Source: Shigella phage PSD9. From it: DNA of 64,000 bases. Shown piece by piece: positions 10,621-18,528 of the stretch. The position numbers and the translations under genes are program-made. Each line of letters begins with the position of its first letter. Positions within the stretch are counted from its first letter, which is position 1. The stretch is from the sequence record MZ561532; one strand, 5' to 3'. The notes beneath the pieces were generated by a model. The model searched no databases. It saw nothing but the letters and a program-made list of their open reading frames with translations, and was not told the DNA's origin.

Positions 10621-10626
10621 CCAGAA

Positions 10627-10642
10627 AAGGCCCGAAGGCCTT
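10627..10642 (-). terminator. intrinsic terminator (GGCC-UUCG-GGCC + U-tract)
   Basis: Minus-strand RNA forms AAGGCC-UUCG-GGCCUU followed by UUUUCUGG; overlaps stop of the 10641-10823 ORF. Confidence 0.5.
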
Positions 10643-10823
10643 AAAGTGGTAGCAACGTACGGTATACTTCAAATTTAGGACCCTTTTCATAGCGGTCGAA
10701 ATTATCTTTAAAATCAGCGAATGCGATTTCATTTTCAAATTCAAGGACAATTTGGGACACTGCAGTGGAGACATCCCCACCTTCTTTATATCCAATAACC
10801 ACGGTTTCTAAATAAGCTTTCAT
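10641..10823 (-). CDS. hypothetical small protein
   Basis: 60 aa from internal ATG (MKAYLE...) 1 nt after ligase stop; the track's longer start overlaps ligase. Confidence 0.35.
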   Translation of the reverse strand: MKAYLETVVIGYKEGGDVSTAVSQIVLEFENEIAFADFKDNFDRYEKGPKFEVYRTLLPL

Positions 10824-10824
10824 A

Positions 10825-12348
10825 TTATAGTCCAGTTTGAGACCAATCACCAAATACATCTTCAAATGTATCAGCTTCTGTTTTATCGAAACGCCAACCT
10901 TTAATGATTGGAAGGAAAATACCTACAGTATCGGTACGTCCTTTAGAATGAACCCAACCATTACATTCACAGTCAGCAATACGTCCAATCAACTTACCTT
11001 CACGAGCTTGTTTCATAAGAAGTTCACGGTCTAAATCAGGACGGTCTTCCAATGGAATCAATACTTTTTTACCTGATTTATCTTTCTTATGGGTGGTATC
11101 TTTAAAGCCTGAACCACAGTCGCTTGTAATTCGACGACAACGTGATACCAACTCGACACCACCTAGCTTGTTAGGGTCCTTCGAGTGTTCATAATAACCC
11201 ACCACTTCTAAAGCAATATCGATTACTTCTTTGAACTTGATAAGATTCTTAGAACGACGGTTTTCCCAGTAGGAGTCCATGTTCTTAAGGATAATGCCTT
11301 CCAGACCTTGGTCGACATATTTCTTATAAACGACTTTAGCTTCTTCAAGATTATTAACCCACTGGTTTTCGATAGCTTCAACACGCGTTGTACCATGCAA
11401 TACGACATTATGAGCAACCATAAGTTCTAAGGCTGTAAAGCGTACATCGTACTTATCGCCTTTAATTTTACCTTCGGAATATACGACATCCAATGGGACA
11501 TAATCCCATGCCTGTAATACCATACCAGCGGCTTCAGTAGCCGAAATAGTTCCTTGAAGAGCTTTGTTAGCCAAGCCATTTGACGTAGAACGATCGGCGA
11601 CAGTTTGGAATTCCTTAGCCTTACTTAATTCAGGAAGTTCCTCGTCAAACATACTAAACAAATCATTAGATGCTTTAGGTTCTACCTTAGGAGTATGGTA
11701 AACTAATTCGCCATCAATCATAACGCCATTAGGATGGCGTTGTCGAGCTTCTTCGGTCATGGCCATTAATTCAGCCGCCAAAAGATTAAGCCCTTGATAT
11801 TCGTTACCACCACGAGTAAGGAATGTCACACCATCGTTACGAACTTCGGCAAAACAACGAGCACCATCAGCTTTTAATTGAGCAAACGCTGGCCATTTAA
11901 TATTTTTCTTAATCAAAGCTTCATCATAAGAACTCGCCAACATCTGCGGTTGTTCAGGGATTAAACCTTTCCAAACCTTGTTAGCAATAGAAATCGATGC
12001 ACCACATTCAAGGTCGCGCATCATTACACGACGTAATACCTCGGCATCCAGGGCCTTAGCATCAGCAATGATTTGAGCCAGTTCTTCAATAGCCGCATTA
12101 CCCGTAATCTTACGTGTGGCTAATGTGAATTCAGCGAAATCAAGAAGGTCTTCAAGAGTAATCATACCAAAGGATTGAGATGTAAATCCAGGTTCTGGCC
12201 ACTTTTTAATACCGTAGTTCAGACGACGGGTATAAGCCATACGATAAACACGTTTCAGAAGCTCATTGTTCTTTTCACGAGCAATAATGGCTTCTTTAGC
12301 TTTAGTAGAATCAATAGCAGCAATTTCGTTTAAAATATCTAAAATCAT
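10825..12348 (-). CDS. 30: ATP-dependent DNA ligase
   Basis: Adenylation motif KADGARC; strong end-to-end resemblance to T4 gp30; start set at MILDILNEIA (track start is 13 codons upstream). Confidence 0.9.
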   Translation of the reverse strand: MILDILNEIAAIDSTKAKEAIIAREKNNELLKRVYRMAYTRRLNYGIKKWPEPGFTSQSFGMITLEDLLDFAEFTLATRKITGNAAIEELAQIIADAKALDAEVLRRVMMRDLECGASISIANKVWKGLIPEQPQMLASSYDEALIKKNIKWPAFAQLKADGARCFAEVRNDGVTFLTRGGNEYQGLNLLAAELMAMTEEARQRHPNGVMIDGELVYHTPKVEPKASNDLFSMFDEELPELSKAKEFQTVADRSTSNGLANKALQGTISATEAAGMVLQAWDYVPLDVVYSEGKIKGDKYDVRFTALELMVAHNVVLHGTTRVEAIENQWVNNLEEAKVVYKKYVDQGLEGIILKNMDSYWENRRSKNLIKFKEVIDIALEVVGYYEHSKDPNKLGGVELVSRCRRITSDCGSGFKDTTHKKDKSGKKVLIPLEDRPDLDRELLMKQAREGKLIGRIADCECNGWVHSKGRTDTVGIFLPIIKGWRFDKTEADTFEDVFGDWSQTGL

Positions 12349-12358
12349 AATCACCTCA

Positions 12359-12637
12359 TTAGTCATGGATTCTATTATAAGCCACATCAGCCAAAAGCAA
12401 GTCTAATCGCTTATGATAAGAGAACACAAATCTCATTCGCCCATCAGATTTGAACTTGGACATAAAGTGGACATAAATGAATCCCTGTTCGACGCATTCG
12501 CGCCAAACAGGATGGTCTTTAGCCGGATTTACATCAAATGAGTAATCATGATTCACATGACGAATAAACTGGTTTACATGACCATAATCCATTGTAGTGG
12601 TAGGACCATAGTCTGAAATTGTATGAACTACAAACAT
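12359..12637 (-). CDS. hypothetical protein
   Basis: Start taken at internal ATG (MFVVHTI...) with GAGG SD, which avoids overlap with upstream gene. Confidence 0.4.
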   Translation of the reverse strand: MFVVHTISDYGPTTTMDYGHVNQFIRHVNHDYSFDVNPAKDHPVWRECVEQGFIYVHFMSKFKSDGRMRFVFSYHKRLDLLLADVAYNRIHD

Positions 12638-12638
12638 A

Positions 12639-13277
12639 TTAACCTCGAGCAATCCATTCAACTGCGGCATTATTACGAAGGGATTCGATTGCTGCGATAT
12701 CGTCCCATGAATTAACCTTTACGGCTAAATTAGGTTTAAAGTCACGTTCACCACGAGCTAACCAATAAACTTGGATATCCATGAGAACATTAGATGCAGC
12801 ATCACAGTGGTGAGCCAAATCATCAACATAAAACTTAATACGTTTACCGTACGTATTTTTAGCTCTTATGAAGAGGTCTTCTTTTGATTCTGAATGACCA
12901 CACATCAGAATCTCCTTGAATGCGCCAGGGAACAAAGCATTCAAATTGAATTGTCTATTCAGCAGTGCATCAATTGAGTCGCCTAGCGCAGTCACGGCTA
13001 CAAAATCGAAGTCTTTTTTGAGCTTGTTGATATGTTTTAATGCGTCCATGTAAGGAGACAGATAACGAATAAAATCTGACTGATTGTACTTCTCGATTAA
13101 ACGAGCGCCTAATTCATTATCACAATTAAACAGCTCACCAGGAGATAAGAAACGTTCGTCCTGAATCATATTCAAAATATGTTCTAAAGGCAAATTATAT
13201 TTCTGTGCGAAATAAGGCAAGCCGGACTGCCAACTTAAACATACTCCATCGATATCTGTTAAGATAACTGGTTTCAT
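12639..13277 (-). CDS. HAD-superfamily hydrolase-like protein
   Basis: N-terminal motif I LTDIDGV (DxDG) typical of HAD phosphatases; 212 aa. Confidence 0.5.
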   Translation of the reverse strand: MKPVILTDIDGVCLSWQSGLPYFAQKYNLPLEHILNMIQDERFLSPGELFNCDNELGARLIEKYNQSDFIRYLSPYMDALKHINKLKKDFDFVAVTALGDSIDALLNRQFNLNALFPGAFKEILMCGHSESKEDLFIRAKNTYGKRIKFYVDDLAHHCDAASNVLMDIQVYWLARGERDFKPNLAVKVNSWDDIAAIESLRNNAAVEWIARG

Positions 13278-13741
13278 AATAAATCTCTCAATTTGTTTAG
13301 GATGTCGATAAACTCTTTTTCAGTTAGTATTGTATCACATTCTGTAAGGTGGCTCGCCATCGAATGCTTTAAAACTTTGCCCTTTGTAGCTTGTAATGCG
13401 TCGCGGAATCCTTTGTTTTGGAGCGCTGCTTCAAAATAAGCATTTGTATACAACTCTTTCCATGATGCAGAGTATCTTGAAAAGGGAATTCCAAGCCAGA
13501 AAAGCGTCCCACGGTCCGCAGCTCTAGCATAAGCTCTTCCAGTTTGTTGTGCGGCCAGACCGGACATCCCAAATATACGTTTTTGTTGTTCATGATTTCT
13601 CACCTTACATCCTTGGAGGAATCCTTCGAGCCCTCCAAATTGGATACCATCCATAACGAAAGGCCATTTAGCAAAGTTACTTAATGCACACGATGGCCAT
13701 GGAAAATTGCTTCTTATTTCTAACTCAGACATCTTTGACAC
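13274..13741 (-). CDS. NADAR/YbiA-family (DUF1768-like) protein, tentative
   Basis: LSNFAKWPF...DG motif resembles the FSNFAAWP core of E. coli YbiA recalled from memory; 155 aa. Confidence 0.45.
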   Translation of the reverse strand: MSKMSELEIRSNFPWPSCALSNFAKWPFVMDGIQFGGLEGFLQGCKVRNHEQQKRIFGMSGLAAQQTGRAYARAADRGTLFWLGIPFSRYSASWKELYTNAYFEAALQNKGFRDALQATKGKVLKHSMASHLTECDTILTEKEFIDILNKLRDLL

Positions 13742-13937
13742 TTATAATTTCGACATCAGCCCAATGACCATAACCAGGTAGACGGTCTTCAATAGATAAT
13801 CCGCCATCAGATTTCAGCATTTTAATTGTTTTAGTATATGGTTCATCTTGCGGATGCACAGGAGATAAATCAGTTACACGATAAGTCACTTCGACCATTT
13901 CCGTACCTAATAATTTCTGAATCAATTTCTTAAACAT
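13725..13937 (-). CDS. hypothetical protein
   Basis: 70-aa ORF in the early-gene array between ligase and gene 31. Confidence 0.4.
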   Translation of the reverse strand: MFKKLIQKLLGTEMVEVTYRVTDLSPVHPQDEPYTKTIKMLKSDGGLSIEDRLPGYGHWADVEIISVKDV

Positions 13938-13938
13938 A

Positions 13939-14133
13939 TTATCCTCGCTTTAAACATTTGATTACAGACAGTTCACCGCCCATGCGAACGTCTTCAGTTC
14001 CATCGACCCATAGGACGGTGTAGGCTTCTTTAATAGTAACATTACCTAATTTAAAAGCAGGTAGAACCTTTGAAATCATTCCAGGAATACCTACGCCTTT
14101 TAACTGGACTGTTTGCGATAAAAATAGTTGCAT
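13939..14133 (-). CDS. hypothetical protein
   Basis: 64-aa ORF, tightly packed with neighbours. Confidence 0.4.
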   Translation of the reverse strand: MQLFLSQTVQLKGVGIPGMISKVLPAFKLGNVTIKEAYTVLWVDGTEDVRMGGELSVIKCLKRG

Positions 14134-14420
14134 TAGAACCTCATCTGAAAGCCGTGTGATTTAACATTACCACCATAGATGTCAGAGGTATTGACTTCAC
14201 GGGCGGCACTAGGGTCGATATTGATATCACGGTTGAGCTTAGTGATTGCTAAGGTATCACGACCATTAACAGTACGGAATTCTACAGGGCATACAACATC
14301 AGCATAGGCCTTAATAGATTCACGAGTAGGTTGTTTGTTGGCAGGAACGTCTTTACCTGCTTTAGAGAAAACAACTTCACAGAAATTTTTACGAGTATCG
14401 AAATAAGTGGTCATAAACAT
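14133..14420 (-). CDS. hypothetical protein
   Basis: Start set at internal ATG (MFMTTYF...) with GAGGAA SD; the track's first 11 codons are the intergenic hairpin. Confidence 0.4.
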   Translation of the reverse strand: MFMTTYFDTRKNFCEVVFSKAGKDVPANKQPTRESIKAYADVVCPVEFRTVNGRDTLAITKLNRDINIDPSAAREVNTSDIYGGNVKSHGFQMRF

Positions 14421-14435
14421 AATATTTTCCTCAAA

Positions 14436-14451
14436 GGAGGCCGAAGCCTCC
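14436..14451 (-). other. intercistronic RNA hairpin GGAGGC-UUCG-GCCUCC
   Basis: Perfect 6-bp stem with UUCG tetraloop immediately 5' of the SD; identical 16-nt sequence recurs at 51870-51885. Confidence 0.5.
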
Positions 14452-14461
14452 ATTTTTAAGA

Positions 14462-14827
14462 TTAGATATCGAATTCGTTCAGAACTACATCAAAGATTGC
14501 TTCCAGGTGTTCAGGTTTAGCTCGGTTGCTCAGGATGTGACGAATCCAGGTTTTAACCAGAAGCTTACGATTAACGCCGTTCCAGCAAGGATGAGTACCT
14601 AAATCACGTTGACGGAAATCATCATCTAAAGCTATTTTAAAAGAAGAACCTTCTTTAGTGATTGAAAGAGTGATACCATTTTCAAATCGCATATAAACAT
14701 AATCAGGAGAAACCCAATGGTCGATTTCGCAAACTGAACCGTTTTTATGCTCCCATAAACACATGTATTCGTTAGAACCAACCGCACCGATAGAAACATA
14801 TTTACGTTCGAAGTTGATGTAGTTCAT
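14462..14827 (-). CDS. hypothetical protein
   Basis: Start set at internal ATG (MNYINFE...) with AAGGA SD, downstream of promoter at 14877-14905. Confidence 0.4.
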   Translation of the reverse strand: MNYINFERKYVSIGAVGSNEYMCLWEHKNGSVCEIDHWVSPDYVYMRFENGITLSITKEGSSFKIALDDDFRQRDLGTHPCWNGVNRKLLVKTWIRHILSNRAKPEHLEAIFDVVLNEFDI

Positions 14828-14845
14828 TTTATTATCCTTTGGTTT

Positions 14846-14871
14846 AGTTTGTTTTCGTATTATTTGGTACA
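14846..14871 (-). repeat. 26-nt leader repeat, copy 1
   Basis: AGTTTGTTTTCGTATTATTTGGTACA identical to 15289-15314; similarity extends about 37 nt through the -10 region. Confidence 0.6.
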
Positions 14872-14876
14872 GGTCT

Positions 14877-14905
14877 ATAATAACACAACCTGTACCAAAG
14901 TAAAC
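14877..14905 (-). promoter_or_regulatory. T4-type early promoter (GTTTAC-N17-TATTAT)
   Basis: -35 GTTTAC, -10 TATTAT; 8-bp inverted repeat GGTACAGG/CCTGTACC brackets the -10. Confidence 0.45.
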
Positions 14906-14909
14906 TGTT

Positions 14910-15278
14910 TTATGCAACTTTAATCCAATTATCTAAATTTAATTCACCTTTGGCTTTCATTTTTTCAATCAACTCATCAGCAGTAGTGCGACCATTTTGA
15001 TACCATGTAACATCTTCAGAATAACCGGTTTCTTCATCTTCATAGGTCTTACAACGAATCTTACCGGTTATGATAGTTTTCAGTTCGTAGGTATCACCGG
15101 TAAAAAAGTTTGTTACCATAATTTTCCAAGAGAAGTCATCAGAAGGACCTTCCGGAGTCATGCAACCTACAAATTCAAATTGTTCTTTGTACAAGTGCCA
15201 TTGCATTTCTTTAGTTTCGATTGCTTTGTAACCGTCGTGGTCTTTACATTTGATATATGAGTTAAGATTGATTTTCAT
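14910..15278 (-). CDS. hypothetical protein
   Basis: 122-aa ORF with ATG start downstream of promoter and shared leader repeat. Confidence 0.45.
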   Translation of the reverse strand: MKINLNSYIKCKDHDGYKAIETKEMQWHLYKEQFEFVGCMTPEGPSDDFSWKIMVTNFFTGDTYELKTIITGKIRCKTYEDEETGYSEDVTWYQNGRTTADELIEKMKAKGELNLDNWIKVA

Positions 15279-15288
15279 TTTATTCTCC

Positions 15289-15314
15289 AGTTTGTTTTCG
15301 TATTATTTGGTACA
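15289..15314 (-). repeat. 26-nt leader repeat, copy 2
   Basis: Identical to 14846-14871. Confidence 0.6.
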
Positions 15315-15319
15315 TGTCT

Positions 15320-15348
15320 ATAGTATCATGCCTACCGGAGATGTACAC
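15320..15348 (-). promoter_or_regulatory. early promoter variant (GTGTAC-N17-TACTAT)
   Basis: -10 TACTAT with non-consensus -35 GTGTAC; upstream of the 14910-15278 ORF. Confidence 0.35.
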
Positions 15349-15377
15349 CATTTTTTTAAAGATTTAGAAACAAAAAT

Positions 15378-15395
15378 GGGACTCCGAAGAGTCCC
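15378..15395 (-). terminator. intrinsic terminator (GGGACUC-UUCG-GAGUCCC + U-tract)
   Basis: 7-bp stem, UUCG loop, followed by AUUUUUGUUU on minus RNA; 6 nt after stop of the 53-aa ORF. Confidence 0.55.
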
Positions 15396-15400
15396 ATAAC

Positions 15401-15562
15401 TTATGCCTGAGGCTTACCAAAGCAAGCAGCATCTGCACGCAATACTGCACGAGCACGAGCTTGAAGCTTATCAACTACCTGATTGATACGCTTGTTGGAC
15501 GCACGCTTGTAACCAGCGCGTTTAGAGGTACCGTCAACTACTTTAACTTCTTTCTTAGCCAT
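15401..15562 (-). CDS. small basic protein, 53 aa (not in ORF track)
   Basis: Hand translation MAKKEVKVVDGTSKRAGYKRASNKRINQVVDKLQARARAVLRADAACFGKPQA; ATG to TAA; terminator immediately downstream. Confidence 0.35.
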   Translation of the reverse strand: MAKKEVKVVDGTSKRAGYKRASNKRINQVVDKLQARARAVLRADAACFGKPQA

Positions 15563-15717
15563 TTTAAATCTCTTAAATTAGGATGCAGGACTTATTGGCG
15601 TTGCCTGCGCAAGCCCTCAAGGGGAACATAGGTTTCGGATATTTAACGACAGGATAACCATAAACCTCGTCATCATACCAACCACGACTTAGACAGATAA
15701 CCTTTTTCTGACGCGTG

Positions 15718-15746
15718 ATAGTACAAAATACATTCAAGAGGTACAC
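15718..15746 (-). promoter_or_regulatory. early promoter variant (GTGTAC-N17-TACTAT)
   Basis: Same variant -35 as 15320-15348; about 150-nt untranslated leader before the 53-aa ORF. Confidence 0.3.
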
Positions 15747-15824
15747 CGTAAAACTGTTGGGGTCTTAAAACTATAATGATTCGCAAATCATTAATCAAAC
15801 AGTTCGACGGCTCCTCGATTTAAC

Positions 15825-16073
15825 TTACTTCAGGGTAATAATAAAATGACGTACTGCTTTACGAGCTGCTGAAGCCAAAGGCTTAGCAAATTTCAGTTCA
15901 TCTTTAGCTTCCAGTTCAGCAGCCAGAGTAGCCTGAGCAGGATTCAGATGTTTGAAATAACGCAGGATTTCCAGTGCTTCGGCTTCAACATCAATAGATG
16001 CGCCGTAGTTTTCGTGACCGTTGTTCCAAGCGTTGCGTTGCAGTTCAAGAGCGTGATTCAATTGTTTGTTCAT
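15825..16073 (-). CDS. rIII: lysis-inhibition accessory protein rIII-like
   Basis: 82 aa, the size of T4 rIII; located between the gene 30 region and gene 31. Confidence 0.5.
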   Translation of the reverse strand: MNKQLNHALELQRNAWNNGHENYGASIDVEAEALEILRYFKHLNPAQATLAAELEAKDELKFAKPLASAARKAVRHFIITLK

Positions 16074-16211
16074 TTTAGTTTCTCAATTCGAGATAAAGAT
16101 TGGTGGACACGTTCTTCTGAATTTCACTTCCTTTCGGCAAGTCTCTCAGTTGTAGTCCACCGCTTAGGATTCTCCGGTTAACTAACTAGTCCGGCAGCCA
16201 ATCCATATTAT

Positions 16212-16219
16212 TATTTATA
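16212..16219 (-). promoter_or_regulatory. candidate late promoter TATAAATA upstream of rIII
   Basis: Exact TATAAATA on minus strand directly after gene 31 stop, about 135 nt upstream of rIII ATG. Confidence 0.35.
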
Positions 16220-16543
16220 TCACTTATAAAGGCAAGGAATAGCTTTATAGTGACAGGTAACGAATTTTTGTTTAATTTCTTTAGGTTGTTTAATACCCAA
16301 TGCAACCAAAGGATGAGGCACGTTAGCAATCTTACCAACAGGAAGTGGAGTCAAATCACCTACTTCACAAAAATCTTCAGGGACATCAGGTCCTACAGAA
16401 TAAATTTCACAAAGTTCAGGGATTTCACCTTGATGAAGTTTGCCAATAACGATACCAGATGCAGTAGTTTCTTCATCACCGGCTTGTTTTGGTTCGGAAA
16501 CGAGAATAACATATTCTCCGACCGCTTTAATAGGAAGTTCCAT
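16220..16543 (-). CDS. 31: co-chaperonin gp31 (GroES analogue)
   Basis: 107 aa; near-identical to T4 gp31 over its length ([12 protein letters not shown]...[15 protein letters not shown]). Confidence 0.8.
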   Translation of the reverse strand: MELPIKAVGEYVILVSEPKQAGDEETTASGIVIGKLHQGEIPELCEIYSVGPDVPEDFCEVGDLTPLPVGKIANVPHPLVALGIKQPKEIKQKFVTCHYKAIPCLYK

Positions 16544-16574
16544 ATTTAATCCATATTGTTTTGTTGATAGATTA

Positions 16575-16599
16575 ATAATAACACGCTATTCTTAAAGCA
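16575..16599 (-). promoter_or_regulatory. MotA-dependent middle promoter candidate (TGCTTTA-N12-TATTAT)
   Basis: MotA-box-like TGCTTTA 12 nt upstream of -10 TATTAT, upstream of gene 31. Confidence 0.4.
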
Positions 16600-16601
16600 T
16601 A

Positions 16602-16901
16602 TTACAGGACAAGCAGAGTTTCGGTCTGAAGACCGTTAATAGAAATCAGCTTATCGAAACGGAATGAGCGCCAATCATTAACCTTAGTATCAAATACTCT
16701 GATATAATTAACAGGTTCTTTATTGGCTTCTGGTCCAGGGGCCTGGACTTCTTTATATGGCAGCAGGTCTAAGTCGCGAGTACAAGTCATACGACGGGCG
16801 CTACCATCGGCTTTTTCAAACAGGACTTCGTGAAAACCAACAGACAAAATAGTCTTGACTTTTTCACGGAGACGAATAGTTTCTTGTTCGGTTAAAATCA
16901 T
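16602..16901 (-). CDS. hypothetical protein
   Basis: 99-aa ORF between 31 and cd. Confidence 0.4.
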   Translation of the reverse strand: MILTEQETIRLREKVKTILSVGFHEVLFEKADGSARRMTCTRDLDLLPYKEVQAPGPEANKEPVNYIRVFDTKVNDWRSFRFDKLISINGLQTETLLVL

Positions 16902-16903
16902 AA

Positions 16904-17137
16904 TTATTCCAGAATAGTTTTGATAGTGGTTGCATTACGCTCTTTTAGAGCTCTTAATAGGCTATGGCAATTATCAAGAATAGGCACCGTTTTATATTTC
17001 ATTTCAGCGCGAACCCACTCGGATTTATAGTACGATTTCCATCGAGAGAAAAAGTACTTTTTGTATTCTACTGAATAGGCTACTAAGCTTTCACCTTTTG
17101 AGTTCAGACCTGAAAACTTAACTAGACGAAATTTCAT
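16904..17137 (-). CDS. hypothetical protein
   Basis: 77-aa ORF; stop/start coupled to cd. Confidence 0.4.
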   Translation of the reverse strand: MKFRLVKFSGLNSKGESLVAYSVEYKKYFFSRWKSYYKSEWVRAEMKYKTVPILDNCHSLLRALKERNATTIKTILE

Positions 17138-17682
17138 TATTCACCACAATAGTTTTGAATTGATTCCCAGTTCAAAGAACGGAGACCTGTACGGTTATAC
17201 TGGATAACTTCGATGCCTGATTCACGGAGGATATCGTCCCACCCTTCAGGATTTCGGTCATAGAGCTCAGCATAAACCAATGTTTTAATTCCAGACTGCG
17301 CAATAGACTTAGCACAATCCGCGCAAGGAGATAACGTCACGTACATCGTAGCGCCATCAATAGAACTTCCGGTACGAGCTGCAAACAAAATAGCATTCAG
17401 TTCAGCATGGATTTCATTTTTGGATGACCATGCAGCGTGAGCCATACGGTGTTCTTTAAGAAGAACAGATTTATGCGACATCCGCGTCGGGTCGTACACG
17501 ACACGAGTCCAGTCCTGTTCCACTGCGTGGTCACAACAGTTCACACCACCGGACGGTGAACCGTTATACCCTGTAGAAATAATGCGGCCATTCTTTTCAA
17601 TAACCGCACCCACTTTCCATGAACAACATTTTGATTCCTGAGAAATCAGATAGGCAATCTGAAGATATGTACTTGCTTTCAT
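17137..17682 (-). CDS. cd: dCMP deaminase
   Basis: Cytidine/deoxycytidylate deaminase zinc motifs HAELNA and PCADC; 181 aa. Confidence 0.85.
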   Translation of the reverse strand: MKASTYLQIAYLISQESKCCSWKVGAVIEKNGRIISTGYNGSPSGGVNCCDHAVEQDWTRVVYDPTRMSHKSVLLKEHRMAHAAWSSKNEIHAELNAILFAARTGSSIDGATMYVTLSPCADCAKSIAQSGIKTLVYAELYDRNPEGWDDILRESGIEVIQYNRTGLRSLNWESIQNYCGE

Positions 17683-17912
17683 TCTATGAACACTCGCTGC
17701 GCTTCGACCAGACCATCAGAACCAAGTTTCAACTGGGTAATCTGGCCGCCATTTTTAGGATTAACGATAACCAATACCGCACGTGGTGATTCCTGAATTA
17801 CTCGCAGAGTTGCGTCAGGAAAACGTACAGAAACCTTATTAATCAGGGCCTGAGCAAATTCTTTAACTTTAACTTGGAACTGCTCTACAGTAATAGGTTG
17901 TTCGCTCAGCAT
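17679..17912 (-). CDS. hypothetical protein
   Basis: 77-aa ORF, ATGA-type overlap with neighbours. Confidence 0.4.
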   Translation of the reverse strand: MLSEQPITVEQFQVKVKEFAQALINKVSVRFPDATLRVIQESPRAVLVIVNPKNGGQITQLKLGSDGLVEAQRVFIE

Positions 17913-18466
17913 TAGATGGTCTCCAACTTAAGTTGTTTGGTAGTGGTAGCTTGGGTAACGTCGCCTTTAACAATATAACACACTTGTTGGAACGAGCTGG
18001 TCAAAAGCTCTTCGGCCTGACGATCGGCTTGTTCCTTTGTGTTATGGCGAGAATGAACTTCAATCTTACCATTTTTAACAATAAGCACTTTCCAATCGGC
18101 TGTAGCTTTTACTGGCTTAGGTTCCGGCTTTACAGCAATACTCGTAGTAGCCAGTGGACGTACTACTTCAATAAAGTATTCGAATTCATGGGCAAAGGCG
18201 CCTACTGAATTAAAAAGAACACTAGTTGCATCATCGGGATTACCTGTGATTTTGCTCAGGTCAACAAACATCAACTCATCGTATACACGAATTCGGCTTA
18301 CACGTGGCTTCCCGTTATGGTAATCAATTTCAACTTCAAACGGGTTCATACCTACATACTTGGCAAAAGCTGTATTGAGGCCATAAGCACCGTTATTAGT
18401 GAATTTGTTTTTAGTGTATTCACCAACGAACTTATAAAACTTACGCTCTTCAAAGAACTGGCTCAT
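17912..18466 (-). CDS. hypothetical protein
   Basis: Start set at internal ATG (MSQFFEE...) with GAGGAA SD, downstream of promoter 18497-18526; track start lies upstream of the promoter. Confidence 0.4.
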   Translation of the reverse strand: MSQFFEERKFYKFVGEYTKNKFTNNGAYGLNTAFAKYVGMNPFEVEIDYHNGKPRVSRIRVYDELMFVDLSKITGNPDDATSVLFNSVGAFAHEFEYFIEVVRPLATTSIAVKPEPKPVKATADWKVLIVKNGKIEVHSRHNTKEQADRQAEELLTSSFQQVCYIVKGDVTQATTTKQLKLETI

Positions 18467-18487
18467 TTCGATTTCCTCATTTGTTTC

Positions 18488-18515
18488 GGTAGGACTACTA
18501 TACCACAGTCCTACC
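18488..18515 (-). other. 9-bp inverted repeat (GGTAGGACT/AGTCCTACC) enclosing the -10 element
   Basis: Perfect 9-bp arms with 10-nt loop between stop of upstream ORF and SD of next gene. Confidence 0.5.
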
Positions 18516-18526
18516 ATAGTGTAAAC
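18497..18526 (-). promoter_or_regulatory. T4-type early promoter (GTTTAC-N18-TATAGT)
   Basis: -35 GTTTAC and -10 TATAGT; embedded in the inverted repeat. Confidence 0.4.
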
Positions 18527-18528
18527 AC

